A stretch of 64,000 nucleotides of DNA from Eledone cirrhosa (Eukaryota), in the NCBI GenBank assembly GCA_964016885.1, contig OZ024748.1, positions 24,242,001-24,306,000 on the forward strand, given 5' to 3'. The notes under the pieces are model-generated. The model searched no databases. It had not been told where the DNA came from and saw only the letters and a program-made list of their open reading frames with translations. This document shows, one piece after another, positions 36,111 through 50,850 of this stretch. A program made the position numbers and the translations under genes. Position 1 is the stretch's first letter. Each line of letters opens with the position of its first letter.

Positions 36111-37911
36111 CAATATCTATGACATTGTTATTTATTCCATTCCCGCACCACCAACATGATTCAACATTGAAGATGGATGAGTTGCATAACGTCGAGTTAT
36201 GCAACTCATCATACGTCATGATTAACATTGCAGAATTACCAATTCTACCCAGTGGCAAACCACCAAATTCAAACATATATATATACATACATATCTGTCA
36301 GTTGTGTTGACTGTCCTCTTTGTCTAACTCTTCAGTGATCAACAAAAAGCCAACCAGTGGAAATATTCTATACCAAACTGTTACCATAGTGACCCAAAAC
36401 AAGCCAATATGTCTCTTCGCAACCCTACCCCCGCCATATTAATATTTACGTGAAATAAGAAAAAACAATTTTTCGAAAATTTATAAAATTATTGTTGACT
36501 GTTGCAGGGCCGTGCTGATTGTCAAACCACATTTATTTGTTCCAGAATAAAACATACGAGGCTGTTTAGTTTTAATGTTGTACTGTTGGAGGGTCATGGC
36601 TGGAATGTCTTTCGTCATAGATAGCAGTTGAGAGAAACTGTAAAAAAATTCAAGGAAGAAGAAAGGACACATACAGTAGGTAATGTTTTATGTTGTAGAC
36701 AAGATGGCGGCTTATGGCTGAAGTATGTTGTTCTTGATTGGTCAGATCGATTGAGGAAGTTTGAGCCAAACAACGAAAACATGAGATAACAAGATAACAC
36801 CAAATAGACAGTACCACCACCACCACCACCGCCGCCACCAACCGCCGTTGCCGACACCACAACCACGACAACCACGGCCACCACGACCACCACCACCACC
36901 ACCACCACCAACCGCCGTTGCCGACACCACAACCAAGACAACCACGGCCACCACGACCACCACCACCACCACCACCGCCGCGATCACCACCGCCACCACC
37001 ACCGCCACCACCACCACCACCAACCGCCGTTGCCGACACCACAACCAAGACAACCACGGCCACCACGACCACCACCACCACCACCACCACCACCACAACA
37101 ACAACAACAACAACAACCGCCGTTTCGGCCACCACCACCGCCGCCGCCGCCGCCACTACCGCCGCTGCCACCGTCGCCGATGCCGCCACTATCGCCACCG
37201 CCGTCACCACCGCCGCCACCTCTATCACCAGTCGCCCCTCTCCTCGCCATCAATGTCGTCCAAGGTAAAAAAACAATAGTTGATACATTTTGACACCAGT
37301 GACGTCGCAACTCATTTCTAAAGCTGAGTGAGCTGGATCAATGTAAAAATTGAGTGTCTTGTTCAAGAACAACGCATCACTTAGTCTGAGAACCGAACTC
37401 ACAGCCTGATGATTGCGAATCCAACTATCTAGCCACTAAGCCACAACTCTTCACCGAAAATATTAGTCACGAAACCTGTCCTGCCGCGAGCCATAAAAAA
37501 GTAGTTTACGGGCCGCGTGTTTTAGAACCCTAATCTAGGACAAGGACATCACTATCTTCTCTGGCCTTTCTTTACTTCAAAGGGTCTGTGTTGTTAGAGG
37601 TGGTGGTGGTGGTGGTGGTGGCGGCGGTGGCGGTGATGGTGGTGGTGGTGACGACGGTGTGGTGGTGACGGTGTGGTGGTGGTGACGGTGTGGTGAAGGT
37701 GATGGTGGTGGTGGTAGTGATGGTGGTGGCGGTGGCTAGAATATATTGTGCCGACGGCGATAGAAGTAGGTAGGTCAATGTACTGTAGATCTGCAGATGG
37801 TGTTAAGAAAGGAGTCAGACGATATGCAAAGGCAAGAGATGTTTGGTATGTTGTCAGCTAGACAGGTTAGTAGGGGCAGTGGTAGGTAGAGGGTGGGCCT
37901 ACACATCCGTG

Positions 37912-38458
37912 TGTGTGTTTATATGTATATATATTTATATATATATATATATTAACAGACATATATATATATATATATGTGTGTGTCTGTGTATATTTAT
38001 GTATAAATATATATATATATATATTAACAGACATATATATATATATATATGTGTGTGTCTGTGTATATTTATGTATAAATATATATATATATATATTAAC
38101 AGACATATATATATATATATATGTGTGTGTCTGTGTATATTTATGTATAAATATATATATATATATATTAACAGACATATATATATATATATATGTGTGT
38201 GTCTGTGTATATTTATGTATAAATATATATATATATATATTAACAGACATATATATATATATATATGTGTGTGTCTGTGTATATTTATGTATAAATATAT
38301 ATATATATATATTAACAGACATATATATATATATATATGTGTGTGTCTGTGTATATTTATGTATAAATATATATATATATATATTAACAGACATATATAT
38401 ATATATATATGTGTGTGTCTGTGTATATTTATGTATAAATATATATATATATATATAT
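37912..38458. repeat. 72-bp tandem repeat of a compound (AT)n/(GT)n unit, ~7.5 copies
   Basis: ATTAACAGAC recurs at 37951, 38023, 38095, 38167, 38239, 38311 and 38383. Confidence 0.95.
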
Positions 38459-38580
38459 GCAGAGGTTATATTTAATTTGTTGGGATACAAGCTTAAAAAT
38501 ATTTTTATAACTGATATAAAGCACTCAACAATTTATTGGAGTAAATATACAATATATTAACATATTTATAAAACCATATT

Positions 38581-38646
38581 TATTTTATTATACATATTTC
38601 AAGGGCCACCAAGGCAAATTATGGTGCGCTTTCATCAGATAAAATA
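38581..38646 (-). ncRNA. Type I hammerhead ribozyme motif
   Basis: TATTTTAT-CTGATGA-[AAG.GCACCA..TGGTG..CTT]-GAAA-TATGTATA^-ATAAAATA; 8-bp stem I, minimal near-palindromic stem III. Confidence 0.78.
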
Positions 38647-38900
38647 CAATACAGATTAGATTTATAAATAAATATTGACATACCCTGAAAAAAGACAACC
38701 TTGACGGTTGGAGCTTCCTAATGATATTAAATAAATGGAATATATATATATATATATATATTTAGTTATGTAATAAACAACATAAGATAATTATTTCATT
38801 TAAATGAAATAATTATCTTATGTTGTTTATTACATAACTATTAAGCTCTAACCTACATAGAGCACTCTTTTTTCCTGGACCTTTCCGACGGAATTACTTC

Positions 38901-38934
<34 letters not shown>

Positions 38935-38977
38935 GAAAAGTATAGAAATTATTGTAGCAAGAAGCCAACAGTATTCC

Positions 38978-39013
<36 letters not shown>

Positions 39014-39090
39014 GTTGAAAAGGTAACACACTTTCCCTGTTTTATTGATAGAGCACTGTATATCTCTCTCTGGTGTGTTACCTTTTCAAC

Positions 39091-39159
<69 letters not shown>

Positions 39160-39469
39160 GATATTAAATAAATGGAAACTATATTTATAAAACCATATTT
39201 ATAAAACCATATTTATAAAACCATATAGTTTCCATTTATTTAATATCGTAAATATACTCCAAATACTTGTTGAGTGCTTTTATATCAGTTATAAATATTT
39301 ACTCGTTGTAACCCAACAATTTAAATATAACTTTCCATGTATATATATATATATATTATGGAATACTGTTGGCTTCTTGCTACAATAATTTCTATACTTT
39401 TCATTTATATATATATATATATATATACGATATATTAACAAATGGAAACTATATTTATAAAACCATATT

Positions 39470-39534
39470 TATTTCATTATACATATTTCAAGGACACCAA
39501 GTCAAATTATGGTGCGCTTTCATCAGATAAAATA
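39470..39534 (-). ncRNA. Type I hammerhead ribozyme motif (same family as 38581)
   Basis: TATTTTAT-CTGATGA-AAGCGCACCA..TGGTGTCCTT-GAAA-TATGTATA^-ATGAAATA. Confidence 0.75.
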
Positions 39535-39922
39535 TAATATAGATCAGTTTTATAAATAAATATTGACATACCCTTAAAGAATGCTCTGTGTGTGTGTCCA
39601 CACACACACACACATATATATATAAAGGAGAGAGAGAGAGGCGGTGGGGATAGCAAACGCAGAGATTGGAGGGATGAGAGCTGATGTAATTCAGACGAGA
39701 TGCAATCACTTGCTGCACTACTGGCCTAATTTGATGTCTATACACACCCCAACCCCCTGTCAACCTGCCGCCCTTACCTCCCGCACCTCGTCCTACCAAA
39801 CACTTTGCTGCATGTCAGACACCCCACCTCCCTCACTGCATCCGGCACCACAACACTCACATATTTTATAAGGTAGGACATTGACATGGCTCTCTTTTCT
39901 ATCTATTTGACTATACGTGCCA

Positions 39923-42900
39923 TGGTGGTGGTGATGGTGGTGGTGTAGTGGTGGTGGTGGTGGTGGTGGTGGTGGTGGTATGGTGGTGGTGTGGTGGTGG
40001 TGTGGTGGTGGTGGTGGTGGTGGTGGTGTGGTGGTGGTGGTGGTGGTGTGGTATGGTGGTGGTGGTGGTGGTGGTGGTGGTGGTGGTGGTGGTGGTGGTG
40101 TGGTGGTGGTGTGGTGGTGGCGGTGGTGGTGGTGGTGGTATGGTGGTGGTGTGGTGGTGGTGGTGGTGTGGTATGGTGGTGGTGGTGGTGGTGGTGGTGG
40201 TGGTGTGGTGGAGGTGGTGTGGTGGTGGTGGTGTGGTGGTGGTGGTGGTGGTGGTGGTGGTGGTTGTCGTCGTCGTCGTCGTCGTGGTAGTGTGGTGGTG
40301 GTGTGGTGAGGTGGTAGTGGTGGTGGAGGTGGTGGTGGTGGTGGTGGTGTGGTGAGGTGGTAGTGGTGGTGGAGGTGGTGGTGGTGGTGGTGGTGGTGGT
40401 GGTGGTGGTGGTGGTAGTGGTGGTGTTGGTGGTGGAAGGTGACATCGGCGGCGGCGATAACAGTGGCTGTAGGCGTGGTCCTGTTTGTTATAGTTGGTGG
40501 TGGGTTTGGTGTCGGCGTTGGTGTCAGTATAGCATTTGTTGTTGTTGCCGGTGGCAGTGGCGGTGGTGGTGGTGGTGGTGGTGGTGGTGGTGGTGGTGGT
40601 GTCTTTAGTAATGGTAGCAATGGTGGTGGTGGCGGCGGCGGCGACGGTGTTGGTTGTAGTAGTGATAGTGATAGTGGTACTAGTGGCCTGTGGTATAAGT
40701 GTTGGTGTTGGTAGTGGTGGTTGTAGTGGTGGTGGTTGTGGTGGTAGTAGTGATAGTGGTGGAAGTGGTAGTGGTGGTTGAAGGGGTGGTTGTTGTGTTG
40801 GTGGTAGTGTTATAGTGGTGGTAGTGGTTGTAGTGGAGGTAGTGGTGGTGGTGCTGGTAGTGGTGGTAGTGCTGGTGTTGGTTGTGGTTGTAGTGGTGGT
40901 GGTGTAGTGGTAGTGGTGGTGGTGGTGGTTGTAGTGGTAGTGGTGGTGGTGGTGGTAGTGGTGGTAGTGGTAGTGGTGGTGGTGGTTGAGGTGGAAGTAG
41001 TGGTAGTGGCGGTGGTGGTGGGGCTATGGGTAGTGGTAGCGGCGGTATTGGTTTTGGTGGTGATAGTGGTTGTGGTGGTGGCGGGGTTGGTAGTGGTGGT
41101 GGTGGTAGTGTTGTAGTGGAGGTAGTGTTGGTGGTGGTGGTGGTGGTAGTGGTTGTAGTGGTGGCGGGGTTGGTAGTGGTGGTGGTGGTGGTCGTAGTCT
41201 TGTAGTCGAGGTAGTGTTGGCGGTGGTGGTGGTGGTGGTGGTTGTAGTGGTGGCGAGGTTGGTAGTGGTGGTGGTTGTGGTGTTGTAGTGGAGGTAGTGT
41301 TGGCGGTGGTGGTGGTGGTAGTGGTTGTAGTGGTGGCTGGGTTGGTAGTGGTGGTGGTGGTATTGTTGTAGTGGAGGTAGTGTTGGCGGTGGTGGTGGTG
41401 GTGGTGGTTGTAGTGGTGGCGGGGTTGGTAGTGGTGGTGGTGGTAGTGTTGTAGTGGAGGTAGTGTTGGCGGTGGTGGTGGTGGTAGTGGTTGTAGTGGT
41501 GGTGGGGTTGGTAGTGGTGGTGGTGGTAGTGTTGTAGTGGAGGTAGTGTTGGTGGTGGTGGTGGTGGTGGTAGTCTTGTAGTGGAGGTAGTGTTGGCGGT
41601 GGTGGTGGTGGTGGTGGTTGTAGTGGTGGTGGGGTTGGTAGTGGTGGTGGTGGTAGTGTTGTAGTGGAGGTAGTGTTGGCGGTGGTGGTGGTGGTAGTGG
41701 CTGTAGTGGTGGCGGGGTTGGTAGTGGTGGTGGTGGTATTGTTGTAGTGGAGGTAGTGTTGGCGGTGGTGGTGGTGGTAGTGGTTGTAGTGGTGGCGGGG
41801 TTGGTAGTGGTGGTGGTGGTAGTGTTGTAGTGGAGGTAGTGTTGGCGGTGGTGGTGGTGGTGGTTGTAGTGGTGGCGGGGTTAGTAGTGGTGGTGGTGGT
41901 AGTGTTGTAGTGGAGGTAGTGTTGGCGGTGGTGGTGGTGGTAGTGGTTGTAGTGGTGGCGGGGTTGGTAGTGGTGGTGGTGGTAGTGTTGTAGTGGAGGT
42001 AGTGTTGGCGGTGGTGGTGGTGGTGGTTGTAGTGGTGGCGGGGTTAGTAGTGGTGGTGGTGGTAGTGTTGTAGTGGAGGTAGTGTTGGCGGTGGTGGTGG
42101 TGGTAGTGGTTGTAGTGGTGGCGGGGTTGGTAGTGGTGGTGGTGGTAGTGTTGTAGTGGAGGTAGTGTTGGCGGTGGTGGTGGTGGTAGTGGTTGTAGTG
42201 GTGGTGGGGTTGGTAGTGGTGGTGGTGGTAGTGTTGTAGTGGAGGTAGTGTTGGTGGTGGTGGTGGTGGTGGTAGTCTTGTAGTGGAGGTAGTGTTGGCG
42301 GTGGTGGTGGTGGTAGTGGTTGTAGTGGTGGTGGGGTTGGTAGTGGTGGTGGTGGTAGTGTTGTAGTGGAGGTAGTGTTGGCGGTGGTGGTGGTGGTAGT
42401 GGTTGTAGTGGTGGCGGGGTTGGTAGTGGTGGTGGTGGTATTGTTGTAGTGGAGGTAGTGTTGGCGGTGGTGGTGGTGGTAGTGGTTGTAGTGGTGGCGG
42501 GGTTGGTAGTGGTGGTGGTGGTAGTGTTGTAGTGGAGGTAGTGTTGGCGGTGGTGGTGGTGGTAGTGGTTGTAGTGGTGGCGGGGTTGGTAGTGGTGGTG
42601 GTGGTATTGTTGTACTGGAGGTAGTGTTGGCGGTGGTGGTGGTGGTGGTGGTGGTTGTAGTGGTGGTGGGGTTAGTAGTGGTGGTGGTGGTAGTGGTTGT
42701 AGTGGAGGTAGTGTTGGTGGTGGTTGTGTTGTAGTGGAGGTAGTGGTGGTGGTGGTAGTGGTTGTAGTGGAGGTAGTGTTGGCGGTGGTGGTGGTGGTAG
42801 TGGTTGTAGTGGTGGCGGGGTTAGTAATGGTGGTGGTGGGTAGTGTTGTAAGTGGAGGTAGTGTAGGCGGTGGTGGTGGTGGTGGTTGTAGTGGTTGTAG

Positions 42901-43910
42901 TGGTGGTGGGGTTGGTAGTGGTGGTGGTGGTATTGTTGTACTGGAGGTAGTGTTGGCGGTGGTGGTGGTGGTGGTGGTTGTAGTGGTGGCGGGGTTGGTA
43001 GTGGTGGTGGTGGTATTGTTGTACTGGAGGTAGTGTTGGCGGTGGTGGTGGTGGTAGTGGTTGTAGTGGTGGTGGGGTTGGTAGTGGTTGTAGTGGTGGC
43101 GGGGTTAGTAGTGGTGGTGGTGGTGGTAGTGGTTGTAGTGGTGGCGGGGTTGGTAGTGGTGGTGGTGGTAGTGTTGTAGTGGAGGTAGTGTTGGCGGTGG
43201 TGGTGGTGGTGGTGGTTGTAGTGGTGGCGGGGTTGGTAGTGGTGGTGGTGGTAGTGTTGTAGTCGAGGTAGTGTTGGCGGTGGTGGTGGTGGTGGTGGTT
43301 GTAGTGGTGGTGGGGTTGGTAGTGGTGGTGATGGTAGTGTTGTAGTGGAGGTAGTGTTGGCGGTGGTGGTGGTGGTGGTGGTTGTAGTGGTGGCGGGGTT
43401 GGTAGTGGTGGTGGTGGTAGTGTTGTAGTGGAGGTAGTGTTGGCGGTGGTGGTGGTGGTGGTGGTTGTAGTGGTGGCGGGGTTGGTAGTGGTGGTGGTGG
43501 TAGTGTTGTAGTCGAGGTAGTGTTGGCGGTGGTGGTGGTGGTGGTGGTTGTAGTGGTGGCGGGGTTGGTAGTGGTGGTAGTGTTGTAGTCGAGGTAGTGT
43601 TGGCGGTGGTGGTGGTGGTAGTGGTTGTAGTGGTGGCGGGGTTGGTAGTGGTGGTGGTGGTAGTGTTGTAGTCGAGGTAGTGTTGGCGGTGGTGGTGGTG
43701 GTGGTGGTTGTAGTGGTGGTGGGGTTGGTAGTGGCGGTGGTGGTGGTGGTGGTGGTGGTAGTCTTGTAGTGGAGGTAGTGTTGGCGGTGGTGTTAGTGGT
43801 TCGGGTGGTAGCGGGGTTGGTAGTGGTGGTGGTGGTAATGTTGTAGTTTAGGTAGTGTTAGCAGTGGTGGTGGTGGTGGTGGTTGTAGTGGTGGTGGTGG
43901 TGGTGTAGTT
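39923..43910. repeat. (GGT)n-derived region including an ~83-bp minisatellite (~41070-43860)
   Basis: GTAGTGGAGGTAGTGTTGGCGG..GCGGGGTTGGTAGT..GTT; period 83 at 41744 and 41827. Confidence 0.93.
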
Positions 43911-44107
43911 GATGTCTCTACGTTTTCTGTTAATATTGCATCCGGGCAACTGTCCTCTTTTGCATTATGCAATCTAATGCTTCACTATTAGCTTTCATCT
44001 GGTTATTGTGTTTGTTGTTGTAGTAGCTGCTGCTGGTGAAGAGATCTTCGTACTTGTTGTTTGTTGTTGTTGTTGTAGCTGCTGTATTGTTTTAGTGTTG
44101 TTATTAT

Positions 44108-44145
<38 letters not shown>

Positions 44146-44222
44146 AGAAGAAAAAGAAGAAAAAGAAAAAGAAAAAGAAAAAGAAGAAGAAAAAGAAAAA
44201 GAAAAAGAAAAAGAAAAAGAAA

Positions 44223-44256
<34 letters not shown>

Positions 44257-44759
44257 AGAAGAAGAAGAAGAAGAAGAAGAAGAAGAAGAACTACATTGGC
44301 AAATGTACCCTTCGTTTCCTTGTTTCCTTGTTTTAAAAAGAGTAGGGTGGAACGAGGAGGATTTGGCTGCTATCCTCAGCAGATCGAGTGACCGTGTAGA
44401 GGCTTCTCGTTTCTAACTGTGATGACTGTTGTAGTTGTTGTTATTGTTGCCGCCATGTTTATTGTTGTTGTGTTGGAAGCAACATGGCCCAATGGTTGCA
44501 GGAGATTGATTCGCACGCAATCGTTCGGGGCTCCATGTTCAATCCCTGTAGATGACATCTTGGGCAAATGACAAACACCACAGCTTCAGCTCGACCCATG
44601 TGTTGTGAGTTGTTGGTGTTGCTGCAGTTGGTGCACATGAGAGAATGGTGCAGCTCGTCAGAAAAGACACAAACTGCAAATGTTTCACTTCAAATATCTA
44701 TACATGACTGGTTCATTCGACTGCAACATTATCCAGCTGTAGTTATGCAATTCTATCTC

Positions 44760-45950
<1,191 letters not shown>

Positions 45951-45958
<8 letters not shown>

Positions 45959-46072
45959 TGTAATAAACAACATAAGGCAATTATTCCATTTACCAGTGGT
46001 TTCTTAAAAGCAATTTTTTGCTTTTAAGAAACCACTGGTAAATGGAATAATTGCCTTATGTTGTTTATTACA

Positions 46073-46080
<8 letters not shown>
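45951..46080. repeat. Perfect fold-back palindrome of a hammerhead-bearing terminus, in (TA)n
   Basis: Right arm matches ~51162-51224; the centre lies in the stem II loop. Confidence 0.9.
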
Positions 46081-46148
<68 letters not shown>

Positions 46149-46259
46149 ATCTGTTATTTTAATAAGTATTTGCTCTACGGTTCTTATATATTTGATATTT
46201 GATATATATTTATCCTTATCGAGCCCTCTTTGGATTTTAGTCTTCAAATTTATTATTAT

Positions 46260-46300
<41 letters not shown>

Positions 46301-46577
46301 AATACATAAAAAAGGTTTCAAGAAACTAGACGATCATTGCAGAACCGTCCGGTTCGTACATCAGATGAAATAATTATATTTTGGATATAAACATAACCAT
46401 TTCTGATGAAAGAGCCGGACGTTTCTGTAAGAATCGACGAGTTTCTTAAAACCTTTTGGTAATGGAATAATTATCTTGAGTTGTTTATCACGTAATTAAA
46501 TAGCTCTGTACTATATATAGAGCACTCTTCTTTCCTTTACCTTTTCTCAGGAAATCCTTAACATATACATATACAGC

Positions 46578-46623
<46 letters not shown>

Positions 46624-46641
46624 TGTGTGTGTTTGTTTGTG

Positions 46642-47990
46642 TACCGCTGAACCAAGGTTTAGGTCCCATGTGAGCACTCTACCGCTGAACCAAGGTTTAG
46701 GTCCCAGGTGAGGACTCTACCGCTGAACCAAGGTTTAGGTCCCATGTAGAGCACTCTACCGCTGAACCAATGTTTAGGTCCCAGGTGAGGACTCTACCGC
46801 TGAACCAAGGTTTAGGTCCCAGGTGAGGACTCTACCGCTGAACCAAGGTTTAGGTCCCAGGTGAGGACTCTACCGCTGAACCAAGGTTTAGGTCCCATGT
46901 GAGCACTCTACCGCTGAACCAAGGTTTAGGTCCCATGTAGAGCACTCTACCGCTGAACCAAGGTTTAGGTCCCATGTAGAGCACTCTACCGCTGAACCAA
47001 GGTTTAGGTCCCATGTGAGCACTCTACCGCTGAACCAAGGTTTAGGTCCCATGTAGAGCACTCTACCGCTGAACCAAGGTTTAGGTCCCATGTAGAGCAC
47101 TCTACCGCTGAACCAATGTTTAGGTCCCAGGTGAGGACTCTACCGCTGAACCAAGGTTTAGGTCCCAGGTGAGGACTCTACCGCTGAACCAAGGTTTAGG
47201 TCCCAGGTGAGGACTCTACCGCTGAACCAAGGTTTAGGTCCCAGGTGAGGACTCTACCGCTGAACCAAGGTTTAGGTCCCAGGTGAGCACTCTACCGCTG
47301 AACCAAGGTTTAGGTCCCAGGTGAGCACTCTACCGCTGAACCAAGGTTTAGGTCCCAGGTGAGGACTCTACCGCTGAACCAAGGTTTAGGTCCCAGGTGA
47401 GGACTCTACCGCTGAACCAAGGTTTAGGTCCCAGGTGAGGACTCTACCGCTGAACCAAGGTTTAGGTCCCATGTGAGGACTCTACCGCTGAACCAAGGTT
47501 TAGGTCCCAGGTGAGGACTCTACCGCTGAACCAAGGTTTAGGTCCCAGGTGAGGACTCTACCGCTGAACTAAGGTTTAGGTCCCAGGTGAGGACTCTACC
47601 GCTGAACCAAGGTTTAGGTCCCATGTGAGGACTCTACCGCTGAACCAAGGTTTAGGTCCCAGGTGAGGACTCTACCGCTGAACCAAGGTTTAGGTCCCAT
47701 GTGAGGACTCTACCGCTGAACCAAGGTTTAGGTCCCAGGTGAGGACTCTACCGCTGAACCAAGGTTTAGGTCCCAGGTGAGGACTCTACCGCTGAACTAA
47801 GGTTTAGGTCCCAGGTGAGGACTCTACCGCTGAACCAAGGTTTAGGTCCCATGTAGAGCACTCTACCGCTGAACCAAGGTTTAGGTCCCAGGTGAGCACT
47901 CTACCGCTGAACCAAGGTTTAGGTCCCAGGTGAGGACTCTACCGCTGAACCAAGGTTTAGGTCCCAGGTGAGGACTCTACCGCTGAACCA
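46642..47990. repeat. Minisatellite, 38-39-bp unit, ~35 copies
   Basis: CTCTACCGCTGAACCAAGGTTTAGGTCCCAGGTGAGGA with CATGT(A)GAGCA variants. Confidence 0.97.
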
Positions 47991-48042
47991 ATAAGGTCCG
48001 TTTCAACAAGTATGTGCTTCCATCATTTCTCGGTATTGTTCT

Positions 48043-48075
<33 letters not shown>

Positions 48076-48242
48076 TTCACGTGTGTGTGTGTCTCTGCGT
48101 GTGTGTCTGTGTGTGTCAATGTGTGTGTGTGTGTGTGTGTCTGTGTGCCTGTGTGTCTGCCTGTCCGTATGTCTGTCTGCGTGTATGTGTCTGTGTGTGT
48201 GTAAGCGTGTGTCTGTGTGTATGTGTCTGTGTGTGTGCATGT

Positions 48243-48303
<61 letters not shown>

Positions 48304-48464
48304 GTGTTGACAATGTTGACAATGTTGATCCGATATTTCGGGTTTCAAATGTACACTTACTATTTTTCTACGACGTCACCGTTTAAATGACATTCATGTC
48401 TCTAGGTCTATATACACTGGTTGCTGTTAAGAATAAACACTTACACACACCTACACACTCATAC

Positions 48465-48509
<45 letters not shown>

Positions 48510-48744
48510 TACACACATACACACACACATTCACACACAGAGACACACACACAGACACACACACACACACACACATACCCACATAGACATACACACACAT
48601 ACACATATACACACATAGACATACACACATACACACACACACACATACACACACAGAGACACACACAGACGCACACACATACACACACACGAGAAAAACA
48701 ACAAAAATCAGTTGACATATCAATCAAACCAGTCGTTGCTCTCT

Positions 48745-49380
48745 CAGTGGAGGTGTATGGCCTTGTAACCACGACGTTCGGCTTCTGATCGTAAGGCCAA
48801 GAGCTGGATTCCAGGCAATGTGTTGTATTCTTGAGCAAGACACTTTATTTTCATTTCTCCAATCCACTTAGCTGACATGAAATATTTGTCTATGTAATTT
48901 AAAGGGCCAGTCATTTCACACTTGTATCACACTGAAATTTAGATTAAAGCTACACGTGTCTGGAATGCTCAACCATTTTCACTATTATACAAGACGGACT
49001 GCACCTGTATTCAAAGTGTCAGACTTGTCAGACACTGTCACGTTGAATCTCCCTGAGAACTACGTTAAGTGTACACATATCTGTGGAATACTCAGCCATG
49101 TATAATAAAATTGCTTCTACTTTTGGCACGAGGCCAGCAAATATCCCAGTACATTACTGGTATTTTATGTACTGGGATAAAACAAGAGGGACTGCACTTG
49201 TAATTCAAAGGACCAGCCAGAGCACACATACAGTTTGCTGGAGCTCCCTGAGAATTACATTTAGTGTACACGTGTCTGTAGAATGCTCAGTCATTTGCAT
49301 GTTAATTTGGTGAGCAGGCTACTTCGTTGTTTGAACAACTGGAACTCTGGTCGTCGTAAGCGACGGAGGTCCAACAGAAC
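48745..49380 (+). mobile_element. tRNA-derived CORE-type SINE (family 2) with repeated 3' modules
   Basis: tRNA-like head, then TTGTATTCTTGAGCAAGACACTT (CORE-like); the CCCTGAGAA.TAC...GTACAC.T.TCTGT.GAAT.CTCAG module recurs. Confidence 0.65.
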
Positions 49381-49954
49381 ACATTACTTTCTTACTGCTG
49401 TATAAAGACTTTCGTCACTACATCTTTCATGAATTTCACCCATCTCGAATTTTTCTCGAATGGTAAACACCATCCAAGAGGTTATAAGGATTGTGTTTAC
49501 CATTATTCCTTTATTATATAACTATTATGCAATAAACACCTGATGATGTCACCAGGAATTTCCTAATGATTTATTACGAATAAAACATGTTTAGTCCTGC
49601 AGAAGTCATTTCTAGAATAAAATGAATATATTTATATATATACACGTGTGTGTGTCTGTGTGCGTGTATGTATGTATGTATGTATGCATTTATGTATTTA
49701 TGTATGTATTTATGTATTTATGTATGTATGTGTGCGTGTGTATATATATATATATATATATTTTTTCTCCATGCATCTCTCTCTCTCCGATATTTCTCCA
49801 CGTTTTTTCTTTCTCTCCGTCTTTTTCTAATTGTCCTTAACACTATGACTTATTAAAGTAATATAAACAAATCACTATCCGGATTACTTCCAAAAACAAT
49901 GGTTGTATTTTAATAGGGTACGCCAACGCTTATTTGTAAAACTGTTATATATTG

Positions 49955-50019
49955 TATTTTGTCTGATGAAGGCATACCATAATTTAATTTGGTATCCCTG
50001 AAATATGTATAATGAAATA
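49955..50019 (+). ncRNA. Type I hammerhead ribozyme motif (same family as 38581)
   Basis: TATTTTGT-CTGATGA-AGG.ATACCA..TGGTAT.CCT-GAAA-TATGTATA^-ATGAAATA; compensatory stem II changes relative to 38581. Confidence 0.75.
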
Positions 50020-50147
50020 AATATGGTTTTATAAATATAGTTTCCATTTATTAATATCGTATATCTACTCCAAATACTTGTCAAATGCTTTATATCAGTT
50101 ATAAAAACATTTACTTGTTGTATCCCAACAATTTTAAATAGAACTTT

Positions 50148-50217
<70 letters not shown>

Positions 50218-50412
50218 TTGTATCAGGTATCTATATTTTCAATTTTTGTTAAATTTTGATTTGATATGGTACAGTAACGAACTATGTATTCTTACCTTCT
50301 ATACAGATTGTCTCTTATTAAGGTTTTGATATGTTCTATTGTACATTTATATCATTAGATATTTATGTATATATATATGTCATTCACTGTTTTGTAATGA
50401 TATATAACGTAC

Positions 50413-50467
<55 letters not shown>

Positions 50468-50850
50468 CTGTGTGTGTATAGTTTGCGTTCTCAGCTATTT
50501 TGTCCACATGTGGATGTGTCTAGACTAGTTGCATGTGTCAACGTTGTTATAACCTTCACTGTTCATATATTATTTAGTTTAGTATATTTTAATTGTTTTC
50601 TATCTAACCTATCCCACGATATTCCAAGCATAACGCGTCCGTCTGTATATTGAATTGCTCTTAGAGCATTTGTTAGGATCCTTGTCACGTTTCATATTTC
50701 CGCACCTCAACAATTATTTTTAGATGACGCATTGGTTGTAAAGTCCGTCTATTAACTCTTAACATACTGTATTGATTTCTTCTTCTTCTTCTTCTTCTTC
50801 TTCTTCTTCTTCTTCTTCTTCTTCTTCTTCTTCTTCAGGAAGCCCTGATG

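Noticed and set aside
46642-47990. CRISPR-like array (38-bp period)
   Set aside because: No unique spacers, no cas genes, eukaryotic context; it is a plain tandem repeat
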